64,000 nucleotides of DNA from Clostridia bacterium. GTDB taxonomy: Bacteria > Bacillota > Clostridia > Oscillospirales > Acutalibacteraceae. Location: assembly GCA_030527615.1 (NCBI GenBank), contig JAUNAM010000001.1, forward strand, positions 25,244 through 89,243. Direction: 5' to 3'. Shown here in pieces: positions 1 to 9,763 of this stretch. Position numbers and translations under genes: made by a program. Positions within the stretch are counted from its first letter, which is position 1; every line of letters starts with the position of its first letter. Under the pieces are notes generated by a model. It did not search any database and was not told where the DNA came from. It saw nothing but the letters and a program-made list of their open reading frames with translations.

Positions 1-1608
1 GTTAAAAGCTATGACCCTGCAACAGGTGCAGAGGCCACCGTTCTTGTCGGAACAAACGATAAGACCGGCAAGGTTATCTTTGACGATGTGCTGAGATTTA
101 ACAAGGTTGGCAATTATTTCTATAATGTGGTTGAAACATCACTTGACGAAAATGGCATTACCACTGACAAAAATGTTTATCGTGTGTCAGTTGCCGTTTC
201 TGATGTGGACGGCGTGCTTTCGGCAAAATATGATGTTGTAAATGATGAAGATGACTTTATTGAGTTTGTAAACACCTATACAGCACAGCCTAAGGACTAT
301 GCAATAGAAGGCACAAAAATACTAAAAAGCCTTTCGGGCACAACCGAAAGAAGTCTTGTAAATGATGAATTTATCTTTGTTATGACCGAGCTTGATGTCA
401 ACGGTCAAGAAACCGACATAAGCTACACTGCAAAAAATGCAGAAAACGGCGACATCATATTCCCGACCATTACCTATACCAAAGCAGGAACATACGCCTA
501 TTCGGTAAAAGAAAAGATAACCGAGGGCATATATGACATTGAGTTTGATTCGTCGCTGTTTACAGCAACCGTTGTTATAATCGACAACGGCTTGGGTGAG
601 TTAGTGCTTGGCCCCGTAAGCTACACCAAAAACGGTCAAGATGCTCCTGATGGCATAGTGTTTGAAAACACCTATAAATCAATCCCCGCAAATATAGAGA
701 TTTTAGGTGATAAGCTTTTAGAGGGTCGTGACCTAAACGCAGACGAGTTTGAGTTTGCACTCTTTGAGTCAGACCCAAGCTTTGCGGAGGGCAACCCGCT
801 TGGCACCGTTTCAAACGCGGCAGACGGCAGCTTTAAGTTTGAGCGTTCGTTTGACAAAATCGGCGATTATTACTTTATTATAAAAGAGGTAGTCGGCAAT
901 GTTGGCGGCGTAAGCTATGACCCGAATGTATACGGAGTATATGTTAACGTAACCGATAATCTTAAGGGACAGCTTATAGCAGAAACCCTTATAACCGATT
1001 CTAACGGCATACCGCAAGAAGCGGCTGTGTTTGTAAACCAATATGCGGCTTCCGGCAGCACAACGGTTCCGCTAAACGGCACAAAGACCTTAAAGAACGG
1101 CGAGCTAAAGGATAACGAGTTTGAGTTTAAGCTTTACAGCGCAGATGAAAACTTTAATGCATCTGAAAACGTTGTAGCAACCGTTAAAAACGTAAACAGT
1201 AAATTTAAGTTCGAACTTAATTTCACCGCAGACCAAATAGGTGAAACATACTACTATGTGGCAAAAGAAGTAAACGGCGGCGAAACTATTGACGAAGTTA
1301 AATATGACGACACGGTGTACAACATCACCGTAACGGTTGAAGACGACTTAGAGGGCGGAGTAAAGGCAAGCTATACCGTACAAAAGGGCGAAAAATACGT
1401 TGACAGCATAGACTTTGTAAATGAATATAACGAAGTCGTTGAGCCGCCGCAGCCTCCAACACAGCCATCTAATCCTCCAACCGGCGACAGTTCGCCAACC
1501 AGCCCCAAAACAGGACAACAGATAAACATCGGAGAGCTTTTTGCACTGTTGTTTATAAGTGGTGGTTTGTTTACGGCATCTATTCGCAAACTAAAAAAAG
1601 CTAAGTAA
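1..1608 (+). CDS. Cell-wall-anchored pilin/adhesin-like protein, 5'-truncated by the window edge; repeated isopeptide-pilin (Spy0128/FctA-type) domains and a C-terminal SPKTG sorting signal
   Basis: Frame 1 is open from nt 1, so the listed Met at 88 is internal. There are four repeats of about 120-150 aa, each ending in F(V/E)N(T/Q/E)Y and containing D/NxEFxFxL and YYYxxKE strings. The C-terminus has a Pro-rich stalk (PPQPPTQPSNPP), SPKTG, a hydrophobic segment and the basic tail RKLKKAK. Confidence 0.8.
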   Translation, partial: VKSYDPATGAEATVLVGTNDKTGKVIFDDVLRFNKVGNYFYNVVETSLDENGITTDKNVYRVSVAVSDVDGVLSAKYDVVNDEDDFIEFVNTYTAQPKDYAIEGTKILKSLSGTTERSLVNDEFIFVMTELDVNGQETDISYTAKNAENGDIIFPTITYTKAGTYAYSVKEKITEGIYDIEFDSSLFTATVVIIDNGLGELVLGPVSYTKNGQDAPDGIVFENTYKSIPANIEILGDKLLEGRDLNADEFEFALFESDPSFAEGNPLGTVSNAADGSFKFERSFDKIGDYYFIIKEVVGNVGGVSYDPNVYGVYVNVTDNLKGQLIAETLITDSNGIPQEAAVFVNQYAASGSTTVPLNGTKTLKNGELKDNEFEFKLYSADENFNASENVVATVKNVNSKFKFELNFTADQIGETYYYVAKEVNGGETIDEVKYDDTVYNITVTVEDDLEGGVKASYTVQKGEKYVDSIDFVNEYNEVVEPPQPPTQPSNPPTGDSSPTSPKTGQQINIGELFALLFISGGLFTASIRKLKKAK

Positions 1609-1663
1609 GCTTAAATTAAAATTTTCAACAAACTAAATTTAAAGCACCGTCTTTATAAATGAT

Positions 1664-1691
1664 TTGATTTTAAATATCTTTGTGATATAAT
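1664..1691 (+). promoter_or_regulatory. Putative sigma-A promoter for nadE-luxS (TTGATT, 16-nt spacer, TGaTATAAT extended -10)
   Basis: ttgatt at 1664-1669 and tgatataat at 1683-1691, in an AT-rich spacer about 25 nt upstream of the nadE RBS (aaaggcgg). Confidence 0.4.
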
Positions 1692-1714
1692 AATAACAAA
1701 TCAAAATAAAGGCG

Positions 1715-2458
1715 GTGCTACTTTTGTTTGATGCAGTAAAGATAAAAAATGAATGTGTAGCTTGGATTAAAGAATTTTTTGACAATAACGGTCGTGGCTG
1801 CAATGCGGTGCTGGGTATTTCGGGCGGCAAGGACAGCTCGGTCGCAGCGGCACTTTGTGTTGAGGCACTGGGTAAGGACCGTGTTATCGGCGTGCTTATG
1901 CCACAGGGCGAGCAGCACGATATAGATGCGGCATACAGCCTTGTAAACCATTTGGGTATAAAGCATTATGAAATTAATATAAAAGATGCGGTAGAGGGTG
2001 TGTTAAACTCTATGCCAAAGGATTTGGATGTTTCGGTGCAATCAAAGGTTAATTTGCCGCCCCGTATCAGAATGTCAATTCTTTATGCCGTGGGTCAGTC
2101 GCTTGACGGCAGGGTGGTTAACACCTGCAATCTGTCAGAGGATTGGGTTGGTTATTCTACCCGTTACGGCGATGCAGCAGGTGACTTTTCACCAATGGCA
2201 AATCTTACCGTGACCGAGGTTAAAGAGATTGGTCGTGTGCTGGGGCTACCTGACGATTTGGTAGACAAGGTGCCGATAGACGGTCTTTGCGGCAAAACCG
2301 ATGAGGAAAACTTGGGCTTTACCTATGCCGAGCTTGACCGCTATATCCGCACGGGCGAAATTGACGACCTCGATAAAAAGGCACTCATTGACCGCAAGCA
2401 TAAAATGAATTTGTTTAAGCTTCAATTAATGCCTGCATTTAAGCCCAGTGAGGTGTAA
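1715..2458 (+). CDS. nadE: NH3-dependent NAD+ synthetase
   Basis: N-type ATP pyrophosphatase signature GISGGKDSSV. About 245 aa, typical of short NadE. The start is ambiguous between GTG 1715 and in-frame TTG 1724. Confidence 0.85.
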   Translation: MLLLFDAVKIKNECVAWIKEFFDNNGRGCNAVLGISGGKDSSVAAALCVEALGKDRVIGVLMPQGEQHDIDAAYSLVNHLGIKHYEINIKDAVEGVLNSMPKDLDVSVQSKVNLPPRIRMSILYAVGQSLDGRVVNTCNLSEDWVGYSTRYGDAAGDFSPMANLTVTEVKEIGRVLGLPDDLVDKVPIDGLCGKTDEENLGFTYAELDRYIRTGEIDDLDKKALIDRKHKMNLFKLQLMPAFKPSEV

Positions 2459-2459
2459 T

Positions 2460-2924
2460 ATGGATAGAATAGAAAGCTTTAAAATAAATCACTTAACATT
2501 AGAGTCGGGGCTTTATGTGTCACGCCGAGACCAAAAAGACGGGGTTGTGCTTACCACCTTTGACCTGCGCATTACGGCACCCAACCGTGAGCCGGTAATA
2601 GACATACCTGCGCTTCACACAATAGAGCATTTGTGTGCTACATATTTACGAAACAGCGCACAAAAAGACGATGTTGTATATTTTGGTCCTATGGGCTGCC
2701 GTACCGGCTGTTACCTTGTTATGTTCGGTTATTTAAAATCAGATGATGTTTATGATTTGGTAATTGATATGTGCGATTTTGTGTGTGACTTTGAGGGCGA
2801 TATACCCGGTGCCACCGCGATTGAGTGCGGCAACTTTAGTGAGCAAAATCTCAATATGGCAAAATATTATATAAGCCGATATAAAAAAGATTTGCAAACA
2901 TATAAAAGGTTTGAATATAAATAA
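2460..2924 (+). CDS. luxS: S-ribosylhomocysteine lyase (autoinducer-2 synthase)
   Basis: MDRIESFKINHL N-terminus, metal-site HTIEHL, GCRTG, and about 155 aa. RBS gaggtg at 2450-2455. I chose ATG 2460 over the longer ORF start at 2448. Confidence 0.9.
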   Translation: MDRIESFKINHLTLESGLYVSRRDQKDGVVLTTFDLRITAPNREPVIDIPALHTIEHLCATYLRNSAQKDDVVYFGPMGCRTGCYLVMFGYLKSDDVYDLVIDMCDFVCDFEGDIPGATAIECGNFSEQNLNMAKYYISRYKKDLQTYKRFEYK

Positions 2925-2926
2925 AA

Positions 2927-2966
2927 ACACAAGTCTTTGCATTGTGCAGAGGCTTGTGTTTTGTTT
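2927..2966 (+). terminator. Rho-independent terminator after luxS
   Basis: 10-bp stem acacaagtct/aggcttgtgt (one G-U pair), a 13-nt loop, then tttgttt. Confidence 0.6.
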
Positions 2967-2998
2967 AATTGTGCATTGTGCATTGTGAATTATGCATT
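2967..2998. repeat. Heptamer microsatellite (ATTRTGC, about 4.5 copies), overlapping the engB stop codon
   Basis: aattgtgc attgtgc attgtga attatgc att. The same heptamer run recurs at 19011-19037, 19387-19417 and 19508-19538. Confidence 0.8.
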
Positions 2999-3580
2999 GG
3001 TTAATGCTTTTTCTATCGCTGTGCGGATATCGTTAGCGCCCGTACCTTTAAGTGCCGAAAAGGGAATGATGTCAATGCCTTCACCAAATTCGCCTAATTC
3101 CTCTCTTAAAGCGGTAAGGCGGTTGTTAAATTCGGTCTTGTTAAGCTTATCGCATTTGGTAAGTATTACCGCATACGGAATATCGTAATAGTCTAAAAAT
3201 TCAAGCATTGATATATCAAAATCGGTGGCGGGGTGGCGCATATCTATAAGCTGAAGGCACAACTTTATATTGCGGTCGGTGCGAAAATAACCTTCCATAA
3301 GCTCTGCCCAACGCTCGCGGTCTTTACCGCCTACCTTTGCATAGCCGTAACCCGGTAGGTCCACAAGACGAAACTCGTCTAATCGGTAAAAGTTTACCGT
3401 TACGGTTTTGCCGGGGGTAGAACTCACATGCGCAATCGATTTACGGTTAAGTATCTTGTTAATAAGCGACGATTTACCCACGTTTGACCGACCCGAAAAG
3501 CATATTTCGGGCGCATCAGAGGGGGTAAGCTGCTCAAGCGTGCCAAAGGCGGCTTCAAATTCTACCTTATTCCAATTCAT
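2990..3580 (-). CDS. engB: Ribosome-biogenesis GTPase EngB/YsxC (YihA)
   Basis: G1 motif GRSNVGKSSLIN, DLPGYG and TKCDK. It lies immediately downstream of lon, as in Bacillus lonA-ysxC. Confidence 0.9.
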   Translation of the reverse strand: MNWNKVEFEAAFGTLEQLTPSDAPEICFSGRSNVGKSSLINKILNRKSIAHVSSTPGKTVTVNFYRLDEFRLVDLPGYGYAKVGGKDRERWAELMEGYFRTDRNIKLCLQLIDMRHPATDFDISMLEFLDYYDIPYAVILTKCDKLNKTEFNNRLTALREELGEFGEGIDIIPFSALKGTGANDIRTAIEKALTNA

Positions 3581-3589
3581 AGCTATACC

Positions 3590-5989
3590 TCAGTTTCTTA
3601 TGGCTGTGTGCTTTGTGTTGTCGGCTGTGATATATTCAGGCTTTTGAGGATTCTTTTCCTCTATCGGCAATAGCGCACGGTCAACAATATCGGTTGCATA
3701 TTTTACGGGTATAAACTCAACCGCTTCACGCACGGTTTTGTCAACCTCGTCAAGGTCCGGCACATTGTCAAACGGTATAAAAATCTGCTTTACACCGCCG
3801 CGGTATGCCGCCATAGACTTTTCTTTAAGTCCGCCAATAGCAAGAACTCTGCCTCGTATAGATACTTCACCCGTCATGGCAATGTCACGGCGCACAGCAC
3901 GACCTGTAAGGGCAGAAATTAGTGCTGTGGTAATGGTAACACCTGCCGATGGGCCGTCTTTGGGAACGGCAGATTCGGTGGCGTGGATATGAATATCACG
4001 TGTTTTGTAAAAATCGGGGTCTATACCGTATTTTGAGGCGTTTGCACGCACAAAGGTGATGGCTGCCTGTGCCGATTCTTTCATAACATCGCCAAGGTTG
4101 CCCGTAAGCACGGTTTTGCCGCTGCCCTCTAAGACGGCTACCTCCATTTGCATAATTTCACCGCCGACAGCAGTCCAAGCAAGACCGTTTATTACACCGA
4201 TTTCGTCTGCAGGTAAAATTACCTCGGGGCGATATTTTTTATGACCCAACAATTTTTCAAGGTCGGCAGCCTTTAGGGTTACCTTTTGGCTGCTGCCTTC
4301 GGCAATTTGCTTTGCCGCCTTGCCGCAAAGCGAACCTATGGCACGTTGCAGCTTTCGCACGCCTGCTTCACGGGTATAAAAATCTATTATGCCGTAAATG
4401 GCATTGTCGGCAAATTTGCAGTTTTTGGTATTAAGTCCGTGAGATATAATTTCACGTGGTACAATATGGCGTTTTGCGATATTAAATTTTTCTTCACGGG
4501 TATAGCCGTCAAGTGATACAACCTCCATACGGTCAAGCAGCGGTGCCGGTATTGTATCAAGTGAATTTGCCGTTGTAATAAATACCGCACGGCTAAGGTC
4601 GTATGGCATTTCAAGGAAATTATCGGTAAAGTTTACATTTTGCTCGGGGTCAAGCACCTCAAGCAGCGCACTTGACGGATCGCCCTTATAATCAGAGCCT
4701 AATTTGTCAATTTCGTCAAGTAAGATAAGCGGGTTAGAGGTGCCTGCATTTTTTATAGCAGTCAAAATCTTGCCGGTCATAGCACCTATATATGTTTTAC
4801 GGTGACCTCGAATTTCCGCCTCGTCGTGCATACCGCCAAGCGATATACGTTGATAACGTCTTCCCATACATTCGGCAATCGTTTTGCCGATGGAGGTTTT
4901 ACCCACACCGGGCGGGCCATAAAGGCATAGAATATTGCCCTTTGATTCAGGGCTTAATGCATATACCGACAGCATTTCTAAAATGCGCTCTTTAACCTTG
5001 TTAAGACCGTAAAAGTCACGGTCAAGTATTTTTTGCGCCTTTTTGATATCAACAACGGCGTTATCTACCTTGTTCCAAGGAAGAGCAAGGCAGGTTTCGA
5101 TATAGTTTCTTGAAACGGTGCCCTCGTGCGCACCCTGCGGCATTTTTGAAAGCTTGTTAATTTCGGTGTGGATTTTTTCCTTGACCTCGTCAGGCGCATT
5201 AAGCGCTTCGGTAAGATTATGAAAATCGTCAATTTCGCCTAAAGAGTCGTCACCGTAAAGCTCGTCGCTTATCACCTTCATTTGTTCTTTAAGGTAATAA
5301 TCGCGCTGATTTTCGTCAATGCGAATGCGGGTTTTTTGGCTGATTTTGTTGTCAATCTCGGCTACCTCTCGCTCTTTGCTGAGCAATTCAATCAATACTT
5401 TAGCACGGGTTACAACATTTAATTGTTCAAGCACATACTGCTTGTCGTCATAGGGAGCCGGCATATTAAATGCTATAAAGTCACAAAGTGCACTTAAATT
5501 TTCGTTGGTTGCAACATTTAAAACAATATCATTGGGTAGATTTTGAATAGTATTTGCAAAACGGTCAAACTCGGTACGTATGCGGCGGATAAGACTTTCG
5601 ATATATACCTCGCGGTTGCGGATAGGCTTATCCTCACATTTTTCTATTGTGGCAACATAATGTGCGCCGGTATCGGCAAAGTTTATGTGGCGTGCGCGGT
5701 AAACGCCTTTTACAAGCACCTTTGCGTCTCCGTCGGGCATTTTAAGCACCTGTCGCACGCGACAAAGACAGCCTATATCATAAAGATCGGAGGCTTTTGG
5801 CTCCTCAACCAAAATATCCTTTTGAGCAACAAGATAAATGGGTGTGTTTTTATCCATCGCTGATTCAAGAGCCAATATTGATTTTTTTCGTCCGACATCT
5901 AATGTCAGCAGCATATTAGGGAAAGCGACCAATCCGCGCAAAGCAAGAGCGGGGAATGTGCCGCTTAAAAGTTTTTCGTTTAAAAGCAT
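3590..5989 (-). CDS. lon: ATP-dependent Lon protease
   Basis: 799 aa. It has a LON N-terminal domain, AAA+ Walker A GPPGVGKTS, and a protease domain with KDGPSAGVT (catalytic Ser). Confidence 0.95.
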   Translation of the reverse strand: MLLNEKLLSGTFPALALRGLVAFPNMLLTLDVGRKKSILALESAMDKNTPIYLVAQKDILVEEPKASDLYDIGCLCRVRQVLKMPDGDAKVLVKGVYRARHINFADTGAHYVATIEKCEDKPIRNREVYIESLIRRIRTEFDRFANTIQNLPNDIVLNVATNENLSALCDFIAFNMPAPYDDKQYVLEQLNVVTRAKVLIELLSKEREVAEIDNKISQKTRIRIDENQRDYYLKEQMKVISDELYGDDSLGEIDDFHNLTEALNAPDEVKEKIHTEINKLSKMPQGAHEGTVSRNYIETCLALPWNKVDNAVVDIKKAQKILDRDFYGLNKVKERILEMLSVYALSPESKGNILCLYGPPGVGKTSIGKTIAECMGRRYQRISLGGMHDEAEIRGHRKTYIGAMTGKILTAIKNAGTSNPLILLDEIDKLGSDYKGDPSSALLEVLDPEQNVNFTDNFLEMPYDLSRAVFITTANSLDTIPAPLLDRMEVVSLDGYTREEKFNIAKRHIVPREIISHGLNTKNCKFADNAIYGIIDFYTREAGVRKLQRAIGSLCGKAAKQIAEGSSQKVTLKAADLEKLLGHKKYRPEVILPADEIGVINGLAWTAVGGEIMQMEVAVLEGSGKTVLTGNLGDVMKESAQAAITFVRANASKYGIDPDFYKTRDIHIHATESAVPKDGPSAGVTITTALISALTGRAVRRDIAMTGEVSIRGRVLAIGGLKEKSMAAYRGGVKQIFIPFDNVPDLDEVDKTVREAVEFIPVKYATDIVDRALLPIEEKNPQKPEYITADNTKHTAIRN

Positions 5990-6017
5990 AAGGGGTTAGA
6001 GTCTCCTGAAAATAAAA

Positions 6018-6584
6018 TTAATATATAACGGTAGCGCTTAAGGCATGCTCGGCAAAAACAAACAATACAGCGGTGTCTTTGATTTTGTATTCTAACACAG
6101 TAAGCCCTACAGAACCGGGCAAAAAGAACAATTCGCCCTTTTCGGCATCACGTTCGGTGGCATCAAATCCTAAATCTGACATAGTGTCACGAACCTGTGT
6201 GGATATAGCACCTTGATAAAAACCGTAAGCGTCGCCGTATTTTACAATATGGGTAATGCCGTTATTCTTTTTATCGGTTTCATAGCAACAAGCCACGCTT
6301 CCGTCACTCATAACGGTATATTTGCCGGCAGGATATTCAGAAAAGCCGGCATGAACGTGTTCGCCTTCGGCGGCAGCCTCGGCTTTGGCATTATCGTCAG
6401 CTTCTAACGATTTTTTGGCATCGTCCACATCACCGCCCAAGGTGTAATCTACGTCGGCAATTTGACCGAGCTTTGCATAGTATTCAACATCAACGTCAAG
6501 CTCGCCTTCGCTTTTTTTATCGCCGCAAGCGGTAAAAGAAAATACAAATACAAGGCAGAGAACAATACTTAATAATTTTTTCAT
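6018..6584 (-). CDS. Hypothetical lipoprotein
   Basis: MKKLLSIVLCLVFVFSFTAC lipobox signal peptide. RBS aaaggagat. I chose ATG 6584 over the longer ORF because that extension overlaps the pncB 3' end. Confidence 0.6.
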   Translation of the reverse strand: MKKLLSIVLCLVFVFSFTACGDKKSEGELDVDVEYYAKLGQIADVDYTLGGDVDDAKKSLEADDNAKAEAAAEGEHVHAGFSEYPAGKYTVMSDGSVACCYETDKKNNGITHIVKYGDAYGFYQGAISTQVRDTMSDLGFDATERDAEKGELFFLPGSVGLTVLEYKIKDTAVLFVFAEHALSATVIY

Positions 6585-6586
6585 TT

Positions 6587-8041
6587 TTAAATCTCCTTTT
6601 TGTTGGCTTGGTTTAAAAGCTCGTTGCGCTGATTCCAAAGGTCCTCACTTAAATCAACATAATAGGTGTGCGGTTTTTCAAAACGCTTAACCTCGTCCCA
6701 TAAATTTTCAACCAATGTTGCACGCTTTGCGGCAATTTCGCTTACAGAAGGTGAGGTGTAAACCTGTTTGCCCTTTTCAAATATTTTAACCTGCAGCTTT
6801 TCGGCAATAAAATCGGTAACGGTTTTGCGCTTCCAGGTATATGTTGGGTCAAAAATTTCGTATGGCTTGCTGTCGTCAATTTTTTCATAGTTTAGTGTAA
6901 TAACATCTGCGATAGCCTTTTTGGTGGTCTTATCATAAAGGCGCCACGGAATTTTAACACCGGGTATGGTGATTTTTGCAATGTTTTCACTAATCTTGAT
7001 TTTTGGTGTGATAACGCCGTCCTGCTCGGTGGCAACCAGCTTGTATACACCGCCGAAAACCGCCTCGCTTGATGCGGTAATCAGTCGTTCACCAACGCCG
7101 TAGCTGTCAATTTTAGCGCCCTGAATATCCATATCGCGTATAAGATGTTCGTCAAGTGAGTTTGAAACACAAATTTTAGCATCAGGATAGCCTGCATCAT
7201 CAAGCATTTTGCGGGCACGTTTAGAAAGATAGGCAATATCACCGCTATCAATACGAATACCAAGCGGGCGACAGCCACGTGGCTTTAACACCTCGTCAAA
7301 AACCTTAATGGCATTTGGTATACCGGACTTCAGCACATTAAATGTGTCAACCAGCAGCATACAGCTGTCGGGGTAGGTCTCGGCATAGGTGCGGAAGGCG
7401 GTGTATTCGTCGGGGAACAGCTGTACCCAGCTGTGAGCCATGGTGCCGGATGCCTTGGTGCCAAAGTCCTTTGCGGTTTTTATATCAGATGTACCGGTGC
7501 AACCGCCGATAATTGCGGCACGTGCACCGTAGTAGGCGGCGTCAGCACCCTGTGCACGGCGTGCACCAAACTCCATAACGGGTCTACCCTTGGCGGCACG
7601 CACAATGCGGTTTGCCTTGGTGGCAATAAGCGACTGATGATTAATGGTAAGCAACACCATTGTTTCAATAAGCATAGCCTGAATTGCAGGACCACGCACC
7701 GTAACGATAGGCTCATTAGGGAATATGGGCGTACCCTCGGGCACTGCCCAAACATCACAGGTAAATTTAAAATCTCGAAGATAATCTATAAACTCGTCAC
7801 AAAACAGGTTGAGCGATTTTAAATATTCAATATCGCTGTCATCAAAATGCAGGTCGTTTAGATAATCGATAAGCTGCTCAATACCTGCCATAATGGCATA
7901 GCCGCCGTTGTCGGGTATACGGCGAAAGAACATATCAAAATATGTAATGGTATCGCACATATCACTTTGCATAATACCGTTTGCCATGGTCATTTCATAC
8001 AGGTCCATAAGCATTGTAAGATTGCGGTTGTCTTTTTTCAT
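6587..8041 (-). CDS. pncB: Nicotinate phosphoribosyltransferase
   Basis: 484 aa with the typical Firmicute PncB N-terminus (LTMLMDLYEMTMANG), FGARRAQG and HSWVQ. Confidence 0.85.
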   Translation of the reverse strand: MKKDNRNLTMLMDLYEMTMANGIMQSDMCDTITYFDMFFRRIPDNGGYAIMAGIEQLIDYLNDLHFDDSDIEYLKSLNLFCDEFIDYLRDFKFTCDVWAVPEGTPIFPNEPIVTVRGPAIQAMLIETMVLLTINHQSLIATKANRIVRAAKGRPVMEFGARRAQGADAAYYGARAAIIGGCTGTSDIKTAKDFGTKASGTMAHSWVQLFPDEYTAFRTYAETYPDSCMLLVDTFNVLKSGIPNAIKVFDEVLKPRGCRPLGIRIDSGDIAYLSKRARKMLDDAGYPDAKICVSNSLDEHLIRDMDIQGAKIDSYGVGERLITASSEAVFGGVYKLVATEQDGVITPKIKISENIAKITIPGVKIPWRLYDKTTKKAIADVITLNYEKIDDSKPYEIFDPTYTWKRKTVTDFIAEKLQVKIFEKGKQVYTSPSVSEIAAKRATLVENLWDEVKRFEKPHTYYVDLSEDLWNQRNELLNQANKKEI

Positions 8042-8072
8042 AGTTAAAACCTTCTTTCAATAAAAGCAAAAA

Positions 8073-9761
8073 TTACATCTTTTCGGGCGCATTGATTTTC
8101 AGCATATCAAGCACATTTTTAATTGCAATACCGGTAGCATAGCAAAGATTTAAGCGTGCTTGTGTCAGTGCCTCATCGTCGCCTTTTACACGGCAGGCAG
8201 CATAAAATTTGTGGAACTTTGTCGCAAGCTCGTTAACATAGTGGGTAAGACGAGCAGGGTCATAGCTTTTTGCCGATTGGATAATCTCATTCGTCATTTC
8301 TGAAAGGTGAATAATAAGCTCACGCTCTTCGGGTGCCGAAAGCAATGAAAGCTCATCCTCGGTGCAGTCGCGTTTTTCGGTGCCGCCTTCGGCAAGGTTG
8401 CGAAGCACGCTGCAAATACGTGCATAAGCGTACTGCACATAATAAACGGGGTTGCTGTTGCTTTCGCTAACTGCCAAGTCTAAATCAAAATCAAAGTGAG
8501 AGTTAGGCTCGCGCAGGTTAAAGAAAAATCTTGCGGCATCAATCGGAACTTCGTCCAAAAGTGTTACCAATGTAATTGCCTTGCCCGAGCGTTTAGATGC
8601 CTTAATAACCTCGCCGTCACGTACAAGGCGTACCATTTGCATAAGCACAACATCTAATCGGTTGGCATCTACACCCAAAGCGGTAAGAGCCGCTTTTAGA
8701 CGTGGCACATAGCCGTGGTGGTCGGCACCCAAAATATCGATAGCCTTGTCAAACTTACGGGTTTCAAGCTTGTTGTAGTGGTATGCAATATCGGGCACAA
8801 CGTATGTTGGCACTCCGTTGGCACGAACCAGCACAAAGTCTTTGTCACAACCAAAATCGGTAGCTTTAAACCAGAGGGCGTCTTCTTGTGTATATGTGTG
8901 ACCGCTTTGCTTTAGCAGCTCTATAATACGGGCGGCTTCGCCGTTATTATGAAGCGTGCTTTCTTTAAACCAAGTGTCATATTCAATGCGGTATTTGCGT
9001 AGGTCGGTCTGCAGACCCTCGATGTTTTTAGGCAGCGCAAACTCTACCAAAGCCTTGCGGCGGGTTTCCTCGTCAAGTGCCATAAATTTATCGCCGTTTA
9101 TTTCGGCAAAGGCTTTTGCATGGGCAACAATATCGTCACCGTGGTATGAGTCCTCGGGCATTTCTATGCCGTCAGCAAAAAGCTGTTGATAACGAAGGCT
9201 TAATGACAGACCAAACTTGTTTATCTGATTACCCGCATCATTTATATAAAATTCACGCTCGGTGTAGAAGCCGGCAGCCTCCATTACAGCCGCCAAGCAG
9301 TCACCCAATGCGCCGCCACGGGCATTGCCTATGTGCATGGGCCCTGTGGGGTTTGCCGATACAAATTCAACAAGCACACGTTTGCCTGCGCCATAGTTGC
9401 TTTTGCCGTAATCGGCACCCTTTGCCAAAACGTCGGCAACAATGCCGGCATAGTACTTGTCCGACAAAAACAGATTTATAAAGCCGGGGCCGGCAATTTC
9501 AAACTTTTCAATATATGTGCCTTCAAAATCGGCGTTAGCCATTAGTTTTTCTGCAATGGCGCGAGGTGCCGATTTAAAGCCGCGTGCCCAAACCATTGCT
9601 GCATTTACGGCATAATCGCCGTTTTTGCGGTCGGCAGGAACCTCTACCTTAAAGGGGGATAGCTCGCACTCGGGCAAATCACCCTTTTGCATAGCTTTGT
9701 TTGCCGCAGCTATCAGCAAATCTTCGATTTGTTTTTTTGTTTCTGCTACTAAAATTGACAT
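8073..9761 (-). CDS. argS: Arginine--tRNA ligase
   Basis: 562 aa. Class I HIGH-type motif PTGPMHIGNARG, an anticodon-binding C-terminal domain, and the conserved terminal M. Confidence 0.95.
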   Translation of the reverse strand: MSILVAETKKQIEDLLIAAANKAMQKGDLPECELSPFKVEVPADRKNGDYAVNAAMVWARGFKSAPRAIAEKLMANADFEGTYIEKFEIAGPGFINLFLSDKYYAGIVADVLAKGADYGKSNYGAGKRVLVEFVSANPTGPMHIGNARGGALGDCLAAVMEAAGFYTEREFYINDAGNQINKFGLSLSLRYQQLFADGIEMPEDSYHGDDIVAHAKAFAEINGDKFMALDEETRRKALVEFALPKNIEGLQTDLRKYRIEYDTWFKESTLHNNGEAARIIELLKQSGHTYTQEDALWFKATDFGCDKDFVLVRANGVPTYVVPDIAYHYNKLETRKFDKAIDILGADHHGYVPRLKAALTALGVDANRLDVVLMQMVRLVRDGEVIKASKRSGKAITLVTLLDEVPIDAARFFFNLREPNSHFDFDLDLAVSESNSNPVYYVQYAYARICSVLRNLAEGGTEKRDCTEDELSLLSAPEERELIIHLSEMTNEIIQSAKSYDPARLTHYVNELATKFHKFYAACRVKGDDEALTQARLNLCYATGIAIKNVLDMLKINAPEKM

Positions 9762-9763
9762 TG

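Noticed and set aside
2937-3188. 83-aa plus-strand ORF starting in the heptamer repeat and running antisense into engB
   Set aside because: It begins inside a microsatellite and terminator region, and it overlaps the well-supported engB gene on the other strand.
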